Positions 18,150 to 27,000 are shown, counted from the stretch's first letter. The stretch: DNA of 32,000 nt from an uncultured Ructibacterium sp. (GCA_965146665.1 CBCTHE010000003.1:90545-122544); one strand, 5' to 3'. The notes: generated by a model from the letters alone, not told the origin. Program-made: numbers and translations.

Positions 18150-18632
18150 ATGGAAGATAAGAAAATAACCCTTACAGTAGATGGTTTAAAAAAGCTGGAA
18201 GATGAGCTTGAATATTTAAAAACAAAAAAAAGAAAAGAGGTTTCAGAGAAGATAAAAGTGGCGCTGGGGTTCGGTGACCTGTCGGAGAACTCAGAATATG
18301 ACGAGGCCAAGAATGAACAGGCCCAGGTGGAAATTCGGATCAGTGAGCTTGAAAATATGCTGAAGAATGTGACTGTCATTGATGCGGATGAAATTGACCG
18401 TACCAAGGTTGGCATTGGCACCAAGGTTCAGATTTTGGATGTGGAATTTGATGAAGCGGAATGGTATACCGTAGTGGGTTCCACAGAGGCGGATCCCACC
18501 CGGGATGATGAGAAGACCATCTCCAATGAGTGTCCCCTGTTTATGGCAATCAAGGGCAAAGGGGTCGGTGAAATGGCGGAAATTGACACACCTGACGGCC
18601 CGGTATCCTATAAGATCCTCGCCATTGAATAA
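18150..18632 (+). CDS. greA: Transcription elongation factor GreA
   Basis: Start ATG 18150 is 8 nt after ggagg (the track start 18135 lies inside the SD). The N-terminal coiled coil contains GDLSENSEYDEAK, followed by a C-terminal FKBP-like domain. Confidence 0.93.
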   Translation: MEDKKITLTVDGLKKLEDELEYLKTKKRKEVSEKIKVALGFGDLSENSEYDEAKNEQAQVEIRISELENMLKNVTVIDADEIDRTKVGIGTKVQILDVEFDEAEWYTVVGSTEADPTRDDEKTISNECPLFMAIKGKGVGEMAEIDTPDGPVSYKILAIE

Positions 18633-18673
18633 CTTGCAAAAGAGAATTGTGATAGAGAGAAAGGAAATCAAGC

Positions 18674-20188
18674 ATGAGTGAACAGAACCAACAAAATGGC
18701 GGACAGGCCGCTGCTGAAAAGGAACTGAATGAGGTGCTGCGGATCCGGAGGGAAAAGCTGGCGGTTCTGCAGGAGGAAGGGGAGAACCCCTTTGATATTA
18801 CGAAGTTTGCCCGTGAAAACCATGCCCGGGATATTGTGGAGCGATATGCGGATTTTGAAGGCAGACTTGTCACTGTTGCAGGCCGGCTGATGTCAAAACG
18901 TGTCATGGGAAAGATGTCTTTTGCCGATTTGCAGGACGGTACGGGCAGGATTCAGCTTTGCGTCAAGCGGGATGAAATGGGGGAAGAGCCCTATAAAAAA
19001 TACAAAAAGCTGGACATTGGCGATATTGTTGGCGTAACGGGCGAGGTATTTACGACCCAAAAGGGCGAGATCTCAATCCGCACCGCTTCGGTCAGGCTTT
19101 TGAGTAAATCTCTGCGTCCCCTGCCGGAAAAATTCCATGGCCTTACCAATCAGGACCTTCGATACCGTCAGCGGTATGTGGATTTGATTATGAATCCGGA
19201 GGTAAAGCGCACCTTTCAGATGCGGAGCAGAATTATGACTGCCATCCGAAATTATCTGGATTCACGGGGATATATGGAAGTCGAGACGCCAATTCTGAAT
19301 ACCATTGCCGGGGGCGCCGCCGCGCGTCCTTTCATTACGCACCACAATACGCTGGATATCGATATGTATCTCCGTATTGCGCCGGAGCTTTATTTAAAGC
19401 GGCTGGTCGTGGGCGGGTTTGAGAAGGTCTATGAGATGGGGCGCCTGTTCCGGAATGAGGGCATGGATGTCAAGCACAACCCGGAATTTACAACCATCGA
19501 ATTATATCAAGCCTATTCCGACTATGTGGATATGATGGACCTGACTGAGGACATGATTCGAACTGTGGCACAAGAGGTTCTGGGAACCACAACCATCACC
19601 TATCAAGGCGAGGAAATTGATCTGGGCAAGCCATGGGCACGAATTACTATGATTGAGGCAATCAAGCAGTATACAGGAGCGGATTTTCGTAACGTAAAGG
19701 ACGCGGCAGAGGCAGAGGCGCTGGCCAAATCCATTGGCGTTGAATTTGCTGAGGACGCGGCGCCCTTGTCCAAGGGTGAAATTATCAGCCTTGCATTTGA
19801 AGAAAAAGTCGAGGAACGGCTGGTACAGCCTACCTTTATTACCGAATATCCGGTTGAGATTTCTCCGCTTGCCAAGCGCTATGCCGACAATCCGGAATTT
19901 ACAGAACGGTTTGAAGTATTCATTACCCGCCGGGAATTTGGAAACGCGTTTTCCGAGCTCAACGATCCCATTGACCAAAAAGAACGCTTCTTAAAGCAGG
20001 TCGAAAAGAGAGAAAAAGGCGATGATGAGGCCAATATGATGGATGAGGACTATGTCAACGCATTGGAGTATGGGCTGCCTCCGACTGGCGGTCTGGGAAT
20101 CGGTATTGACCGGCTGGTCATGCTTTTGACCGACAGTTCATCCATCCGTGATGTACTGTTGTTCCCCACAATGAAGCCGATTGACTGA
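18674..20188 (+). CDS. lysS: Lysyl-tRNA synthetase, class II
   Basis: 504 aa with an N-terminal OB anticodon-binding domain ([23 protein letters not shown]). Class II motifs are present: [18 protein letters not shown]-like FEVFI and [14 protein letters not shown]. Confidence 0.97.
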   Translation: MSEQNQQNGGQAAAEKELNEVLRIRREKLAVLQEEGENPFDITKFARENHARDIVERYADFEGRLVTVAGRLMSKRVMGKMSFADLQDGTGRIQLCVKRDEMGEEPYKKYKKLDIGDIVGVTGEVFTTQKGEISIRTASVRLLSKSLRPLPEKFHGLTNQDLRYRQRYVDLIMNPEVKRTFQMRSRIMTAIRNYLDSRGYMEVETPILNTIAGGAAARPFITHHNTLDIDMYLRIAPELYLKRLVVGGFEKVYEMGRLFRNEGMDVKHNPEFTTIELYQAYSDYVDMMDLTEDMIRTVAQEVLGTTTITYQGEEIDLGKPWARITMIEAIKQYTGADFRNVKDAAEAEALAKSIGVEFAEDAAPLSKGEIISLAFEEKVEERLVQPTFITEYPVEISPLAKRYADNPEFTERFEVFITRREFGNAFSELNDPIDQKERFLKQVEKREKGDDEANMMDEDYVNALEYGLPPTGGLGIGIDRLVMLLTDSSSIRDVLLFPTMKPID

Positions 20189-20350
20189 GTAAGTTCGTAT
20201 AAGTTCATACACAGAGGCTTTTAGAGGGTTATGGAGAGTGCTTACCACAGAACTTACCACAATTTACGAAAACCGCACCACAAAAAATGCGGAGCGATTA
20301 TGCAAATCTCCGCAAGCCCCCGCAGCTCTCTGTAAATCTATTTAGCATCG

Positions 20351-20381
20351 AAGCCCACCGAGAAATCGGTGGGCTTTTTTT
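20351..20381 (+). terminator. Strong intrinsic terminator downstream of lysS
   Basis: aagcccaccg / agaaat / cggtgggctt followed by a T7 run. It lies about 160 nt after the lysS stop. Confidence 0.85.
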
Positions 20382-20384
20382 GTT

Positions 20385-20427
20385 GCGCCTGTCGCATTCC
20401 AGAGCGGAATGTGGCAGGCGCTTTTTC
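20385..20427 (+). terminator. Second, tandem hairpin with a T-run
   Basis: gcgcctgtcgcattcc / agagc / ggaatgtggcaggcgc (two mismatches) followed by tttttc. It comes immediately after the first terminator. Confidence 0.55.
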
Positions 20428-20504
20428 TTTTCACAGGCTGCATTTGACCCCAAAAAAATTATTTTGAAAAAGTGGTTTAATTTTTCGAGCTTTTTTTGCT
20501 GTTG

Positions 20505-20870
20505 TGGGGTGTGAGGCAAAACACCTCACGAGTTCCTTGAAAACTGAATACACATTCATCAGGTCGTTCCTGAGCGGAGGGGAAACCCTCAGCCGTATGA
20601 AAGTGCGCCATGATCCTCCTGCCCATAAGGGTAAATGCGGAAAGCAAGGAGGGAGAGCGAAGCCGAACTGTTCTGAAATATCCGGTTGCTACGGATAAGG
20701 CGATGAAACGCATCAGGGTTAATGATACTTCCCTATGGGGCTGGCGGAGAACCCGGCAGAGGTGAGATTCCTATGGACTCGGTTAGCAGCCGAGCGCCTG
20801 ATGACTTCCTATTGTGCTTGGGGTGTCGTGGACAAATAAAGCACATTACATAGCCGCCGAGGGCGGCTAT
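20505..20870 (+). ncRNA. Candidate structured non-coding RNA or long structured leader upstream of parA (family not identified)
   Basis: About 370 nt with no SD-preceded ORF and many local hairpins, with one possible long-range pairing.
- gtgagg/cctcac at 20511-20529.
- gaggg-GAAA-ccctc at 20577-20590.
- cctcctgc/gcaaggagg at 20615-20652.
- gcg-atgaaa-cgc at 20700-20711.
- ctcgg/ccgag at 20778-20794.
- gccgcc-gag-ggcggc at 20853-20867.
- Possible long-range pairing ccggtt (20682) with aacccgg (20750).
The strand is assumed from the parA orientation. Confidence 0.3.
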
Positions 20871-20897
20871 GAATCTAAGAGAAAGGAGGTAAGCCGA

Positions 20898-21722
20898 ATG
20901 AGCGACTGCAAAACCATCGCCATCTGCAATCAGAAGGGCGGTGTAGGAAAGACCACAACGGCGGTCAACTTGGGCATCGGTCTTGCCATGAACGGCAAGA
21001 ATGTCTTGCTTGTTGATGCAGATCCGCAAGGGGATTTAACCACCTGTCTTGGCTGGCAGGATACGGACTCACTCTCTATCACGCTGGCAACAAAGCTGGC
21101 TGAGGTGATGCGGGAGGAACCCAGCGACCCCATGAGCGGCATTCTGCACCATGAGGAAAAGGTCGATGTTCTTCCTGCCAATCTGGAGCTGTCAGCGCTG
21201 GAAATGAGCCTTGTAACGGTAATGAGCAGAGAGACCACATTGCGGACATATCTCAGTCAGGTAAAAGAAAATTATGACTATATCCTGATCGACTGTATGC
21301 CCTCGCTGGGTATGATTACGCTCAATGCCCTTGCTGCGGCGGACAGCGTGATTATCCCTGTTCAGGCACAGTATCTTCCGGCTAAGGGTATGACCCAGCT
21401 ATTGCAGACTGTTTCAAAGGTCAGGAAGCACATCAATCCCAGCTTGAAGATAGACGGTATTCTGCTGACACTGGTGGACGGGCGGACAAACCTCGCCAGA
21501 AGCACTGTGGAAGCCCTCAGAGCGAACTTTGGGAGCGTTATGAGGATTTATAAGGCTTCCATTCCCAGCGCCGTAAAAGCCGCCGAGGTGAGTTCTAAGG
21601 GCAAGAGCATTTTTGCCTATGAGCCGAGCAGTCCAGCGTCAAAGGCTTATACCGACTTCACAAGGGAGGTGTTAGCCAGTGGCAGGCAGAAAGAGCGACT
21701 TCGTTCTGCCGACGCTCGATGA
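20898..21722 (+). CDS. parA: ParA/Soj-family partition ATPase
   Basis: Start ATG 20898 has SD aaaggagg (the track start 20814 is an extension). The deviant Walker A reads NQKGGVGKTTTAVNLG. Also present: DADPQGD and ILIDCMPSLG. Confidence 0.95.
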   Translation: MSDCKTIAICNQKGGVGKTTTAVNLGIGLAMNGKNVLLVDADPQGDLTTCLGWQDTDSLSITLATKLAEVMREEPSDPMSGILHHEEKVDVLPANLELSALEMSLVTVMSRETTLRTYLSQVKENYDYILIDCMPSLGMITLNALAAADSVIIPVQAQYLPAKGMTQLLQTVSKVRKHINPSLKIDGILLTLVDGRTNLARSTVEALRANFGSVMRIYKASIPSAVKAAEVSSKGKSIFAYEPSSPASKAYTDFTREVLASGRQKERLRSADAR

Positions 21723-22629
21723 CCTGTTTTCTACACAGGAGCAGCGGGAGGAAGCAAAGCTCGCCAGAATACGGGATATTCCCATTGAGCTGATAGACAG
21801 CTTTCCCGACCACCCTTTTAAGGTACGGGACGATGAGGACATGACCCAGCTTGTGGAGAGTATCAAGGAGCGGGGGGTGATTACTCCCGCTACGGTGAGA
21901 CCAAAGGACGATGGGCGTTATGAGCTTGTCTCAGGACACCGGCGAAAACGGGCGTGTGAGCTTGCCGGTATGGACACCCTGCGCTGTGAGGTCGTGGAGC
22001 TTACGAGAGATGAAGCCACGATTCTGATGGTGGAGAGCAACTTCCAGCGTTCTCAAATCCTGCCCAGCGAAAAGGCATTTGCCTACAAAATGCGGCTTGA
22101 TGCTATGAGCAGACAGGGTAAGAGAACGGATTTAACTTCTACACCACTGGTGGAGAAGTTGTCTGGAGTTGATGCACTGTCCGTATCAAAGATAGGCGCA
22201 GAAACGGGTGAGAGCCGAGAGCAAATCCGTCGCTATGTCCGCTTGACGAATCTTGTCCCTGAGCTGCTTCAGTTTGTGGACGAGGGCAGAATTAAGATGC
22301 GTCCAGCGGTGGAGCTGTCCTATCTGGACGAGGACTGTCAGCGTGATGTGGTGGACGAAATCGACATGACCGATTCCACCCCCTCCCACGACCAGACTAT
22401 CCGAATGAGGAAGTTCTTTGAAGAAGGCAAGCTGTCAACCGAGGTTATCCAAGCCATCATGGAGGAGGAGAAGCCGAACCAGCGGGAGAAGATCGTGCTG
22501 CGGGGAGAGCGTGTCAGGCAGCTTATCCCGAAGTCTGTACCATTGAACCAGACGGAGGATTATGTCTGCAAGGCGTTGGAGCATTATGCCAGCTTTCTGC
22601 GGCGGAGAGCGGAGCGTGATTCCCGTTAA
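21679..22629 (+). CDS. parB: ParB/Spo0J-like partition/nuclease-domain protein
   Basis: The GTG start is 9 nt after gggagg and overlaps the parA end by 44 nt. The ParB N-terminal domain reads IPIELIDSFPDHPFKV...ITPATVRP...YELVSGHRRKRACELAG (GxRR arginine patch). An HTH-like central region follows. Confidence 0.93.
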   Translation: MAGRKSDFVLPTLDDLFSTQEQREEAKLARIRDIPIELIDSFPDHPFKVRDDEDMTQLVESIKERGVITPATVRPKDDGRYELVSGHRRKRACELAGMDTLRCEVVELTRDEATILMVESNFQRSQILPSEKAFAYKMRLDAMSRQGKRTDLTSTPLVEKLSGVDALSVSKIGAETGESREQIRRYVRLTNLVPELLQFVDEGRIKMRPAVELSYLDEDCQRDVVDEIDMTDSTPSHDQTIRMRKFFEEGKLSTEVIQAIMEEEKPNQREKIVLRGERVRQLIPKSVPLNQTEDYVCKALEHYASFLRRRAERDSR

Positions 22630-22688
22630 TTCCCCCATCTCACACTCTTACCCCCTGAGAACTACCTGACTTACCGAGATAAAATAAA

Positions 22689-22727
22689 CTATCTCCTTTT
22701 TTTCTATCTCTTGAGTCAGTCTATCTC
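22689..22727 (+). repeat. Three direct copies of CTATCTC spaced 15 and 17 nt apart, just downstream of parB
   Basis: CTATCTC occurs at 22689, 22704 and 22721. CTTACC motifs occur nearby at 22657 and 22671. Confidence 0.35.
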
Positions 22728-22870
22728 AACAATCGCATCATTCACGCCGAGCAACAAAGGCTGATATGATAAAAGATTACCCTGCAAATTCCGCCACAAG
22801 TTTTGTCTGTTTTTCGGGAAGTAAGGCAGGAGAGGTCTTTACAGCCGAAAAAACGAAGGGCTATGTTTTC

Positions 22871-22896
22871 CCGCAGTTTCAGACTGCGGTTTTTTT
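22871..22896 (+). terminator. Terminator-like hairpin 32 nt upstream of the surface-protein start
   Basis: ccgcag / tttcaga / ctgcgg followed by a T7 run. It could end the parAB transcript or act as an attenuator for the downstream gene. Confidence 0.55.
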
Positions 22897-22927
22897 GCGC
22901 CCAAAATCTAAAATGGAGGATTCGACA

Positions 22928-25900
22928 ATGAATCACTGTATCAAAACCAATGGAAAGCGAATGACAGCCCTGCTTCTGGTGCTTGTCCTCGCTCTCTCTA
23001 TGTTTTCCACTACGGCGTTTGCTGCTCAGGAGGACAACTACCACGACCCCGCCGAGAATTGGCTCAATGCCGCAAACCGAACCAATGAGCTTGATGCCAA
23101 CGCAACGGTCACGCACGAGACTTTCAACTGCGCTGTGTGCGGCGGCGCTCGCTCCTTTATGGCATGGCGCACACCGGAATATACCCGCAACGGTGAGACC
23201 GCTATGACCCGCAATGTTCGTTATTCGGACGGTACGCTGGTAGGCGGTGAGGGTACAGGTGCGGTAATGGACGGTCTGCCCGGCTCCAACGCATTTTATA
23301 CGGGCTATCATTGGACTAAAGCCTGCTGTGAGACCTGCGGCACCATGAACAGCAATATGGGCATCGGGGATTACAGCTTTGGCAAAAATGTGTACTGGCT
23401 GTACGACTGCGCCCCTGAGTTCACCGAGAAACTGCTCGAACAGGTAAAGTATGAGTATGCCGACAGCACCTATCATACGAAAAGCACAAAGGGCGGCTCT
23501 TACTGCTGCTTCTGCTTTGGCACCAATCACACCAGTTCCTCTGTGCTGGAGCGCCACAATATGCAGACGGAGATCATTCCCCAAATCAGCAATGACCGTT
23601 TTGCCATCGTGAAGCATTGCACAGACTGCGAGTACACCAGCACCACCTATGTGGCGGCGAAGTCCGTCATTGCCGACTACTACGGCGTAGTGGACGGTCA
23701 GCCCCATACGGTCACGATTTCCGATCTGTCCGAGGCTGGAGTATCCACGCAGATTCGCTACGGCAATTCTGCTGAGTCATGCACTCTGACGAGCGCTCCC
23801 AACTATACCGAAAAGGGACAGTATGCCGTTTACTATGAAATCACCTACTCCTATTCCGGCATGACGATGACCGAAAACGGTGTTGCCAATGTCTGGCTGC
23901 ACGATGAGAAGGAAGATACCGACTGTCCCTGTGGCTGCGGCGACCCAGACTGCGACTGCAAGAATCCCGACTGCAACGGAAGCTGCCATAACAAGGGTTG
24001 CGGGGACAATCACAACTTCATCGTCCTTGAGACAGTCAATCCCACCTGCAAGACCCTCGGCTACACTCGCTATCTCTGCGTGGAGTGCGGGAAGATCGAG
24101 AAGCGTGACTATATGAACGCTATCGGTCATGCGTGGCAGAGCATCGTGGTGCGTGACGCTACCTGCGAGGCAGGCGGCAAGGTGCTGAATATCTGCAAAA
24201 ACTGCGGCGAGTGCGAGGAGACAACTACTCCGAAGGGCGAGCATAAGTACGGCGTTTCTGTTGTAAACGCCACCTGCGTCAGCCCCGGCTATACGGTCAA
24301 GGAGTGCGAGGTCTGCGGCGACCGCCACATCACCGACATTCAGAACGCCAAGCCCCACAGATATGAAGCCATTACCACCCCCGCAAACTGCGAGAGCGGC
24401 GGCTATACCCTGCATCTGTGCAAGGGCTGCGGCAGCTCCTTTATCACCGATTACACTGACCCTTTGGGGCATAGCTTCGATAAGGGTACTACTGTGACTT
24501 CGCCCTCCTGCACCGGAGAGGGTGTGACGGAATATCGCTGTGAGCGCTGCGGCTATCACTATGTAGATGGGAATGCGGCAAGCGGGCATAAGGCAGGCGA
24601 GGAAGCCACCTGCACCAATTCCCAGATTTGCACCGTCTGCGGCGCTGTTATCAAGCAGGCGCTTGGACACAGCTATAAGACGGAGATCACCGCTCCCACC
24701 TGCACTGAGATGGGCTTTACCACCTACACATGTGAGCGCTGCGGCGAAAGCTACAAGAGCGACTATGTGAAGGCGACCGGTCACAAGTCGAGCGATTGGA
24801 TCATCGACAAGGAGCCTACCACCAGCAGCGAGGGCAGCAAGCACAAGGAATGCTTGAGCTGTGGCGAGAAGCTGGAAACAGCAACCATTGAAAAGCTCTA
24901 CCTGACTGCCACGACCGACAGTAAGGGTGAGGCTGTTGTGGGCGGCTATCTTGTCATCGTGACTGATACCGACACGGAAAACCCTGTTTCCAATGCCCAT
25001 CTGGTCTTGAACAAGAATGGAAGTCTGTCTATCCGTCTCCCCAATGGGCGTATCATCGACTATGCCGACCAGACAACTGTGACTGTGAAGCTGGTGAAGG
25101 ACAAGTCTCCAGTTTCTGAGCTTCCGATTGCCGTTACCGATAAGAACGACAATTATGCCGCAGGAAAGACCGATAAGGCTGGGCAGATCACTATTCCCAG
25201 CGGCTCCGGTATCACCAACGATGATGGCAAAGCGACCGTAGGCGGCAAAGACGCTGATGGCGACCGCTACACCATTACCGTCAGGGTGATTGATTTTGAA
25301 ACCGGCAGACCCATTGAGGGTGCTATTGTTACCATTGGCAAGACCGGCAATATCACAGTGAAGCTGCCTGATGGCACCGACATGGACGAGAACAACCGCA
25401 TTACCGTCATTGTCACCGATAACCGCAAGAATCCCCTTGAGGACGAGAATGTAACCGTAAAGGGCGATATGGGTCAGACCGCAACCGGCAAGACCGATGA
25501 GGACGGTGAGCTTACCGTTCCTGATGTGATCGAGGAAGAGCGTCATGGCGTTTATATCTATGGCTATGAGGACGGAACCTTCGGCGCAGAGCGCAACATG
25601 ACCCGCAGCGAGGCGGCAGCTATCTTCGCCCGTCTGCTTGCCGAGAAGAAGGGCGACAGCATTCCTGAAAAGGGTTCTGTTACCACCAAATACACCGATA
25701 TTCCCTCTAACGCATGGTATGCGGGGTATGTGAAGTACCTTACGAACTACGGCGTGGTCTATGGTCGTGGCGACAAAATCTTTGCTCCCAACGACGAGAT
25801 CACTCGTGCAGAGTTCACCGTCATGGCTGTGCGTTTCTTTGAGGTCTACGGCGAGGGCGCTGAGGAGATCGTGGAAAAGTACGAGGGCTTCTCCGATGTC

Positions 25901-26194
25901 AGCTCCGGCTATTGGGCGGCTGAATATATCAAAGACGCTGCCATTCATGGCTGGGTTTACGGCTACGGCGACGGAACCTTCCACGCCGACGCCAACATCA
26001 CTCGTGCCGAGGTGGTCTCCCTGATGAACCGTATGCTCGGCAGAACGCCGGACAAAGCATATATCGAGAAGAATATCCGCTATCTCAACACCTTCTATGA
26101 CCTGTCCAGCAAGCATTGGGCATATCTTGCCGTAATGGAAGCGGCAAATGCTCATACCGCAACTCTCGGTGATACCGAGACATGGAGCAAGTAA
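22928..26194 (+). CDS. Large secreted cell-surface protein: Cys-rich N-terminal region, 8 tandem CxxC modules, Ig/CarboxypepD_reg-like repeats, and 3 C-terminal SLH domains
   Basis: Start ATG 22928 is 8 nt after ggagg (the track start 22766 is an extension). Signal peptide: MNHCIKTNGKRMTALLLVLVLALSMFSTTAFA/AQ. Repeated modules have the pattern C-x3-G-[YF]-T-x3-C-x2-C-G-...-G-H. The SLH-type repeats are YGYEDGTFGAERNMTRSEAAAIFARLL, YGRGDKIFAPNDEITRAEFTVMAVRFF and YGYGDGTFHADANITRAEVVSLMNRML. Confidence 0.9.
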   Translation: MNHCIKTNGKRMTALLLVLVLALSMFSTTAFAAQEDNYHDPAENWLNAANRTNELDANATVTHETFNCAVCGGARSFMAWRTPEYTRNGETAMTRNVRYSDGTLVGGEGTGAVMDGLPGSNAFYTGYHWTKACCETCGTMNSNMGIGDYSFGKNVYWLYDCAPEFTEKLLEQVKYEYADSTYHTKSTKGGSYCCFCFGTNHTSSSVLERHNMQTEIIPQISNDRFAIVKHCTDCEYTSTTYVAAKSVIADYYGVVDGQPHTVTISDLSEAGVSTQIRYGNSAESCTLTSAPNYTEKGQYAVYYEITYSYSGMTMTENGVANVWLHDEKEDTDCPCGCGDPDCDCKNPDCNGSCHNKGCGDNHNFIVLETVNPTCKTLGYTRYLCVECGKIEKRDYMNAIGHAWQSIVVRDATCEAGGKVLNICKNCGECEETTTPKGEHKYGVSVVNATCVSPGYTVKECEVCGDRHITDIQNAKPHRYEAITTPANCESGGYTLHLCKGCGSSFITDYTDPLGHSFDKGTTVTSPSCTGEGVTEYRCERCGYHYVDGNAASGHKAGEEATCTNSQICTVCGAVIKQALGHSYKTEITAPTCTEMGFTTYTCERCGESYKSDYVKATGHKSSDWIIDKEPTTSSEGSKHKECLSCGEKLETATIEKLYLTATTDSKGEAVVGGYLVIVTDTDTENPVSNAHLVLNKNGSLSIRLPNGRIIDYADQTTVTVKLVKDKSPVSELPIAVTDKNDNYAAGKTDKAGQITIPSGSGITNDDGKATVGGKDADGDRYTITVRVIDFETGRPIEGAIVTIGKTGNITVKLPDGTDMDENNRITVIVTDNRKNPLEDENVTVKGDMGQTATGKTDEDGELTVPDVIEEERHGVYIYGYEDGTFGAERNMTRSEAAAIFARLLAEKKGDSIPEKGSVTTKYTDIPSNAWYAGYVKYLTNYGVVYGRGDKIFAPNDEITRAEFTVMAVRFFEVYGEGAEEIVEKYEGFSDVSSGYWAAEYIKDAAIHGWVYGYGDGTFHADANITRAEVVSLMNRMLGRTPDKAYIEKNIRYLNTFYDLSSKHWAYLAVMEAANAHTATLGDTETWSK

Positions 26195-26206
26195 CCTATT
26201 GCTCCA

Positions 26207-26230
26207 ACGACCTGCTCATGCAGGTCGTTT
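26207..26230 (+). terminator. Hairpin after the surface-protein gene
   Basis: aacgacctgc / tcat / gcaggtcgtt, a 10-bp perfect stem 13 nt after the stop. Only a short T tail follows. Confidence 0.5.
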
Positions 26231-26328
26231 ACATACACGAGCTGTCTGGACGCAGACGGTTGGTGTATTTAATATAACTCTCATGAAGGAGGGAGAGTGA
26301 AGAACCATGTAGGACAGTGAAAAGAGCG

Positions 26329-26363
26329 CAAAAAATGGCTCCGCCCAAAAAGGACGGAGCCAT
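26329..26363 (-). terminator. Intrinsic terminator of the convergent minus-strand gene
   Basis: On the minus strand, atggctccg / tcctttttggg / cggagccat is followed by tttttt. It lies 14 nt after the stop at 26377. Confidence 0.75.
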
Positions 26364-26376
26364 TTATGCGCCGGGG

Positions 26377-27000
26377 TTATTTGATCCAGACAGAGGCAGG
26401 GGCGAAGTTGCTGAACTCATAGTCGCCGTAAGCAAAGGCTGTGCCGAGATTGTACGATCCGAAGGAGAAGTACATCGTTACGGTATAGCCGGGGTTAAGG
26501 CTCTGTGCTTCAGCGGCGAGCTTCTCAGCCTCTCTCGCAATCTCGTCTTCGCTGAGAGACTTCCACCATGTCTTGAACTCACTCATGCTGAGGGAGCCGG
26601 AGTAGGCAGCGGTGTAGATCTTCTCGCTGCCGTAGTTGGTGACGGGCTTTTCCTTGACCGTCCAAGAGGATGCGAAGCTGTTGGCGGCGGCTGGAGTGCC
26701 GGACACTTTAGCCGGATTTGTGACAGTAGCGGTGTTGCTTTTTGCATCATAGCCAACTTCAAGGTCGTAAGCCTCCGCCAAGGCTCTTAGCGGGGCGTAG
26801 GTTGTGCCGTTGTAGGTGAACACCAGCACATCGTTTCCGTTTGCGTCCTTTGGCTCGAAAATCTGTCCATTGACGAGAACATTGATCGGATACGCTTTGA
26901 TGGACAGAGCGCCATCGGACGCAAGTGCGGAAATGGGGAGTGCAACGAGCATAAGTACGGTGAGAGCGCCTGCAACGAACGATAAGAACTTGTTTTTCAT
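26377..27000 (-). CDS. Secreted protein with a copper-amine-oxidase N-terminal-like (stalk) domain
   Basis: Start ATG 27000 has SD ggagg (the track start 27072 is an extension). The signal peptide is MKNKFLSFVAGALTVLMLVALPISALA. The Cu_amine_oxidN1-like pattern INVLVNGQ...FTYNGTTYAPLRALAEAY is present. The C-terminal half is unassigned. Confidence 0.8.
   Translation of the reverse strand: MKNKFLSFVAGALTVLMLVALPISALASDGALSIKAYPINVLVNGQIFEPKDANGNDVLVFTYNGTTYAPLRALAEAYDLEVGYDAKSNTATVTNPAKVSGTPAAANSFASSWTVKEKPVTNYGSEKIYTAAYSGSLSMSEFKTWWKSLSEDEIAREAEKLAAEAQSLNPGYTVTMYFSFGSYNLGTAFAYGDYEFSNFAPASVWIK

Noticed and set aside
20505-20870. Specific identities for the structured region: RNase P RNA, tmRNA, SRP RNA, 6S RNA, T-box, SAM/cobalamin/c-di-GMP riboswitch, group II intron
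   Set aside because: There are partial look-alikes (GGAGAACCCGGCA against RNase P CR-V, GGTGAGATTCC against the cobalamin core, and GTGTG at the 5' end as in group II introns). The obligatory partners are missing: GGAAAGUCC, the B12 box, domain V and an RT, and a CCA-ending tRNA-like domain. The length does not fit either. It is kept only as an unassigned candidate RNA.
22742-23707. 321-aa minus-strand ORF overlapping the 5' part of the surface-protein gene and its leader
   Set aside because: It has shadow composition and no SD. The plus frame is explained by the signal peptide and Cys-rich domain.
23777-26155. 792-codon ORF antisense to the surface-protein gene
   Set aside because: It has no SD. 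Its composition is low-complexity and rich in A, G, V and L, as expected for the reverse complement of a GC-rich, codon-biased gene. The sense frame has a signal peptide, repeats and SLH domains that explain the region. This is a shadow ORF.
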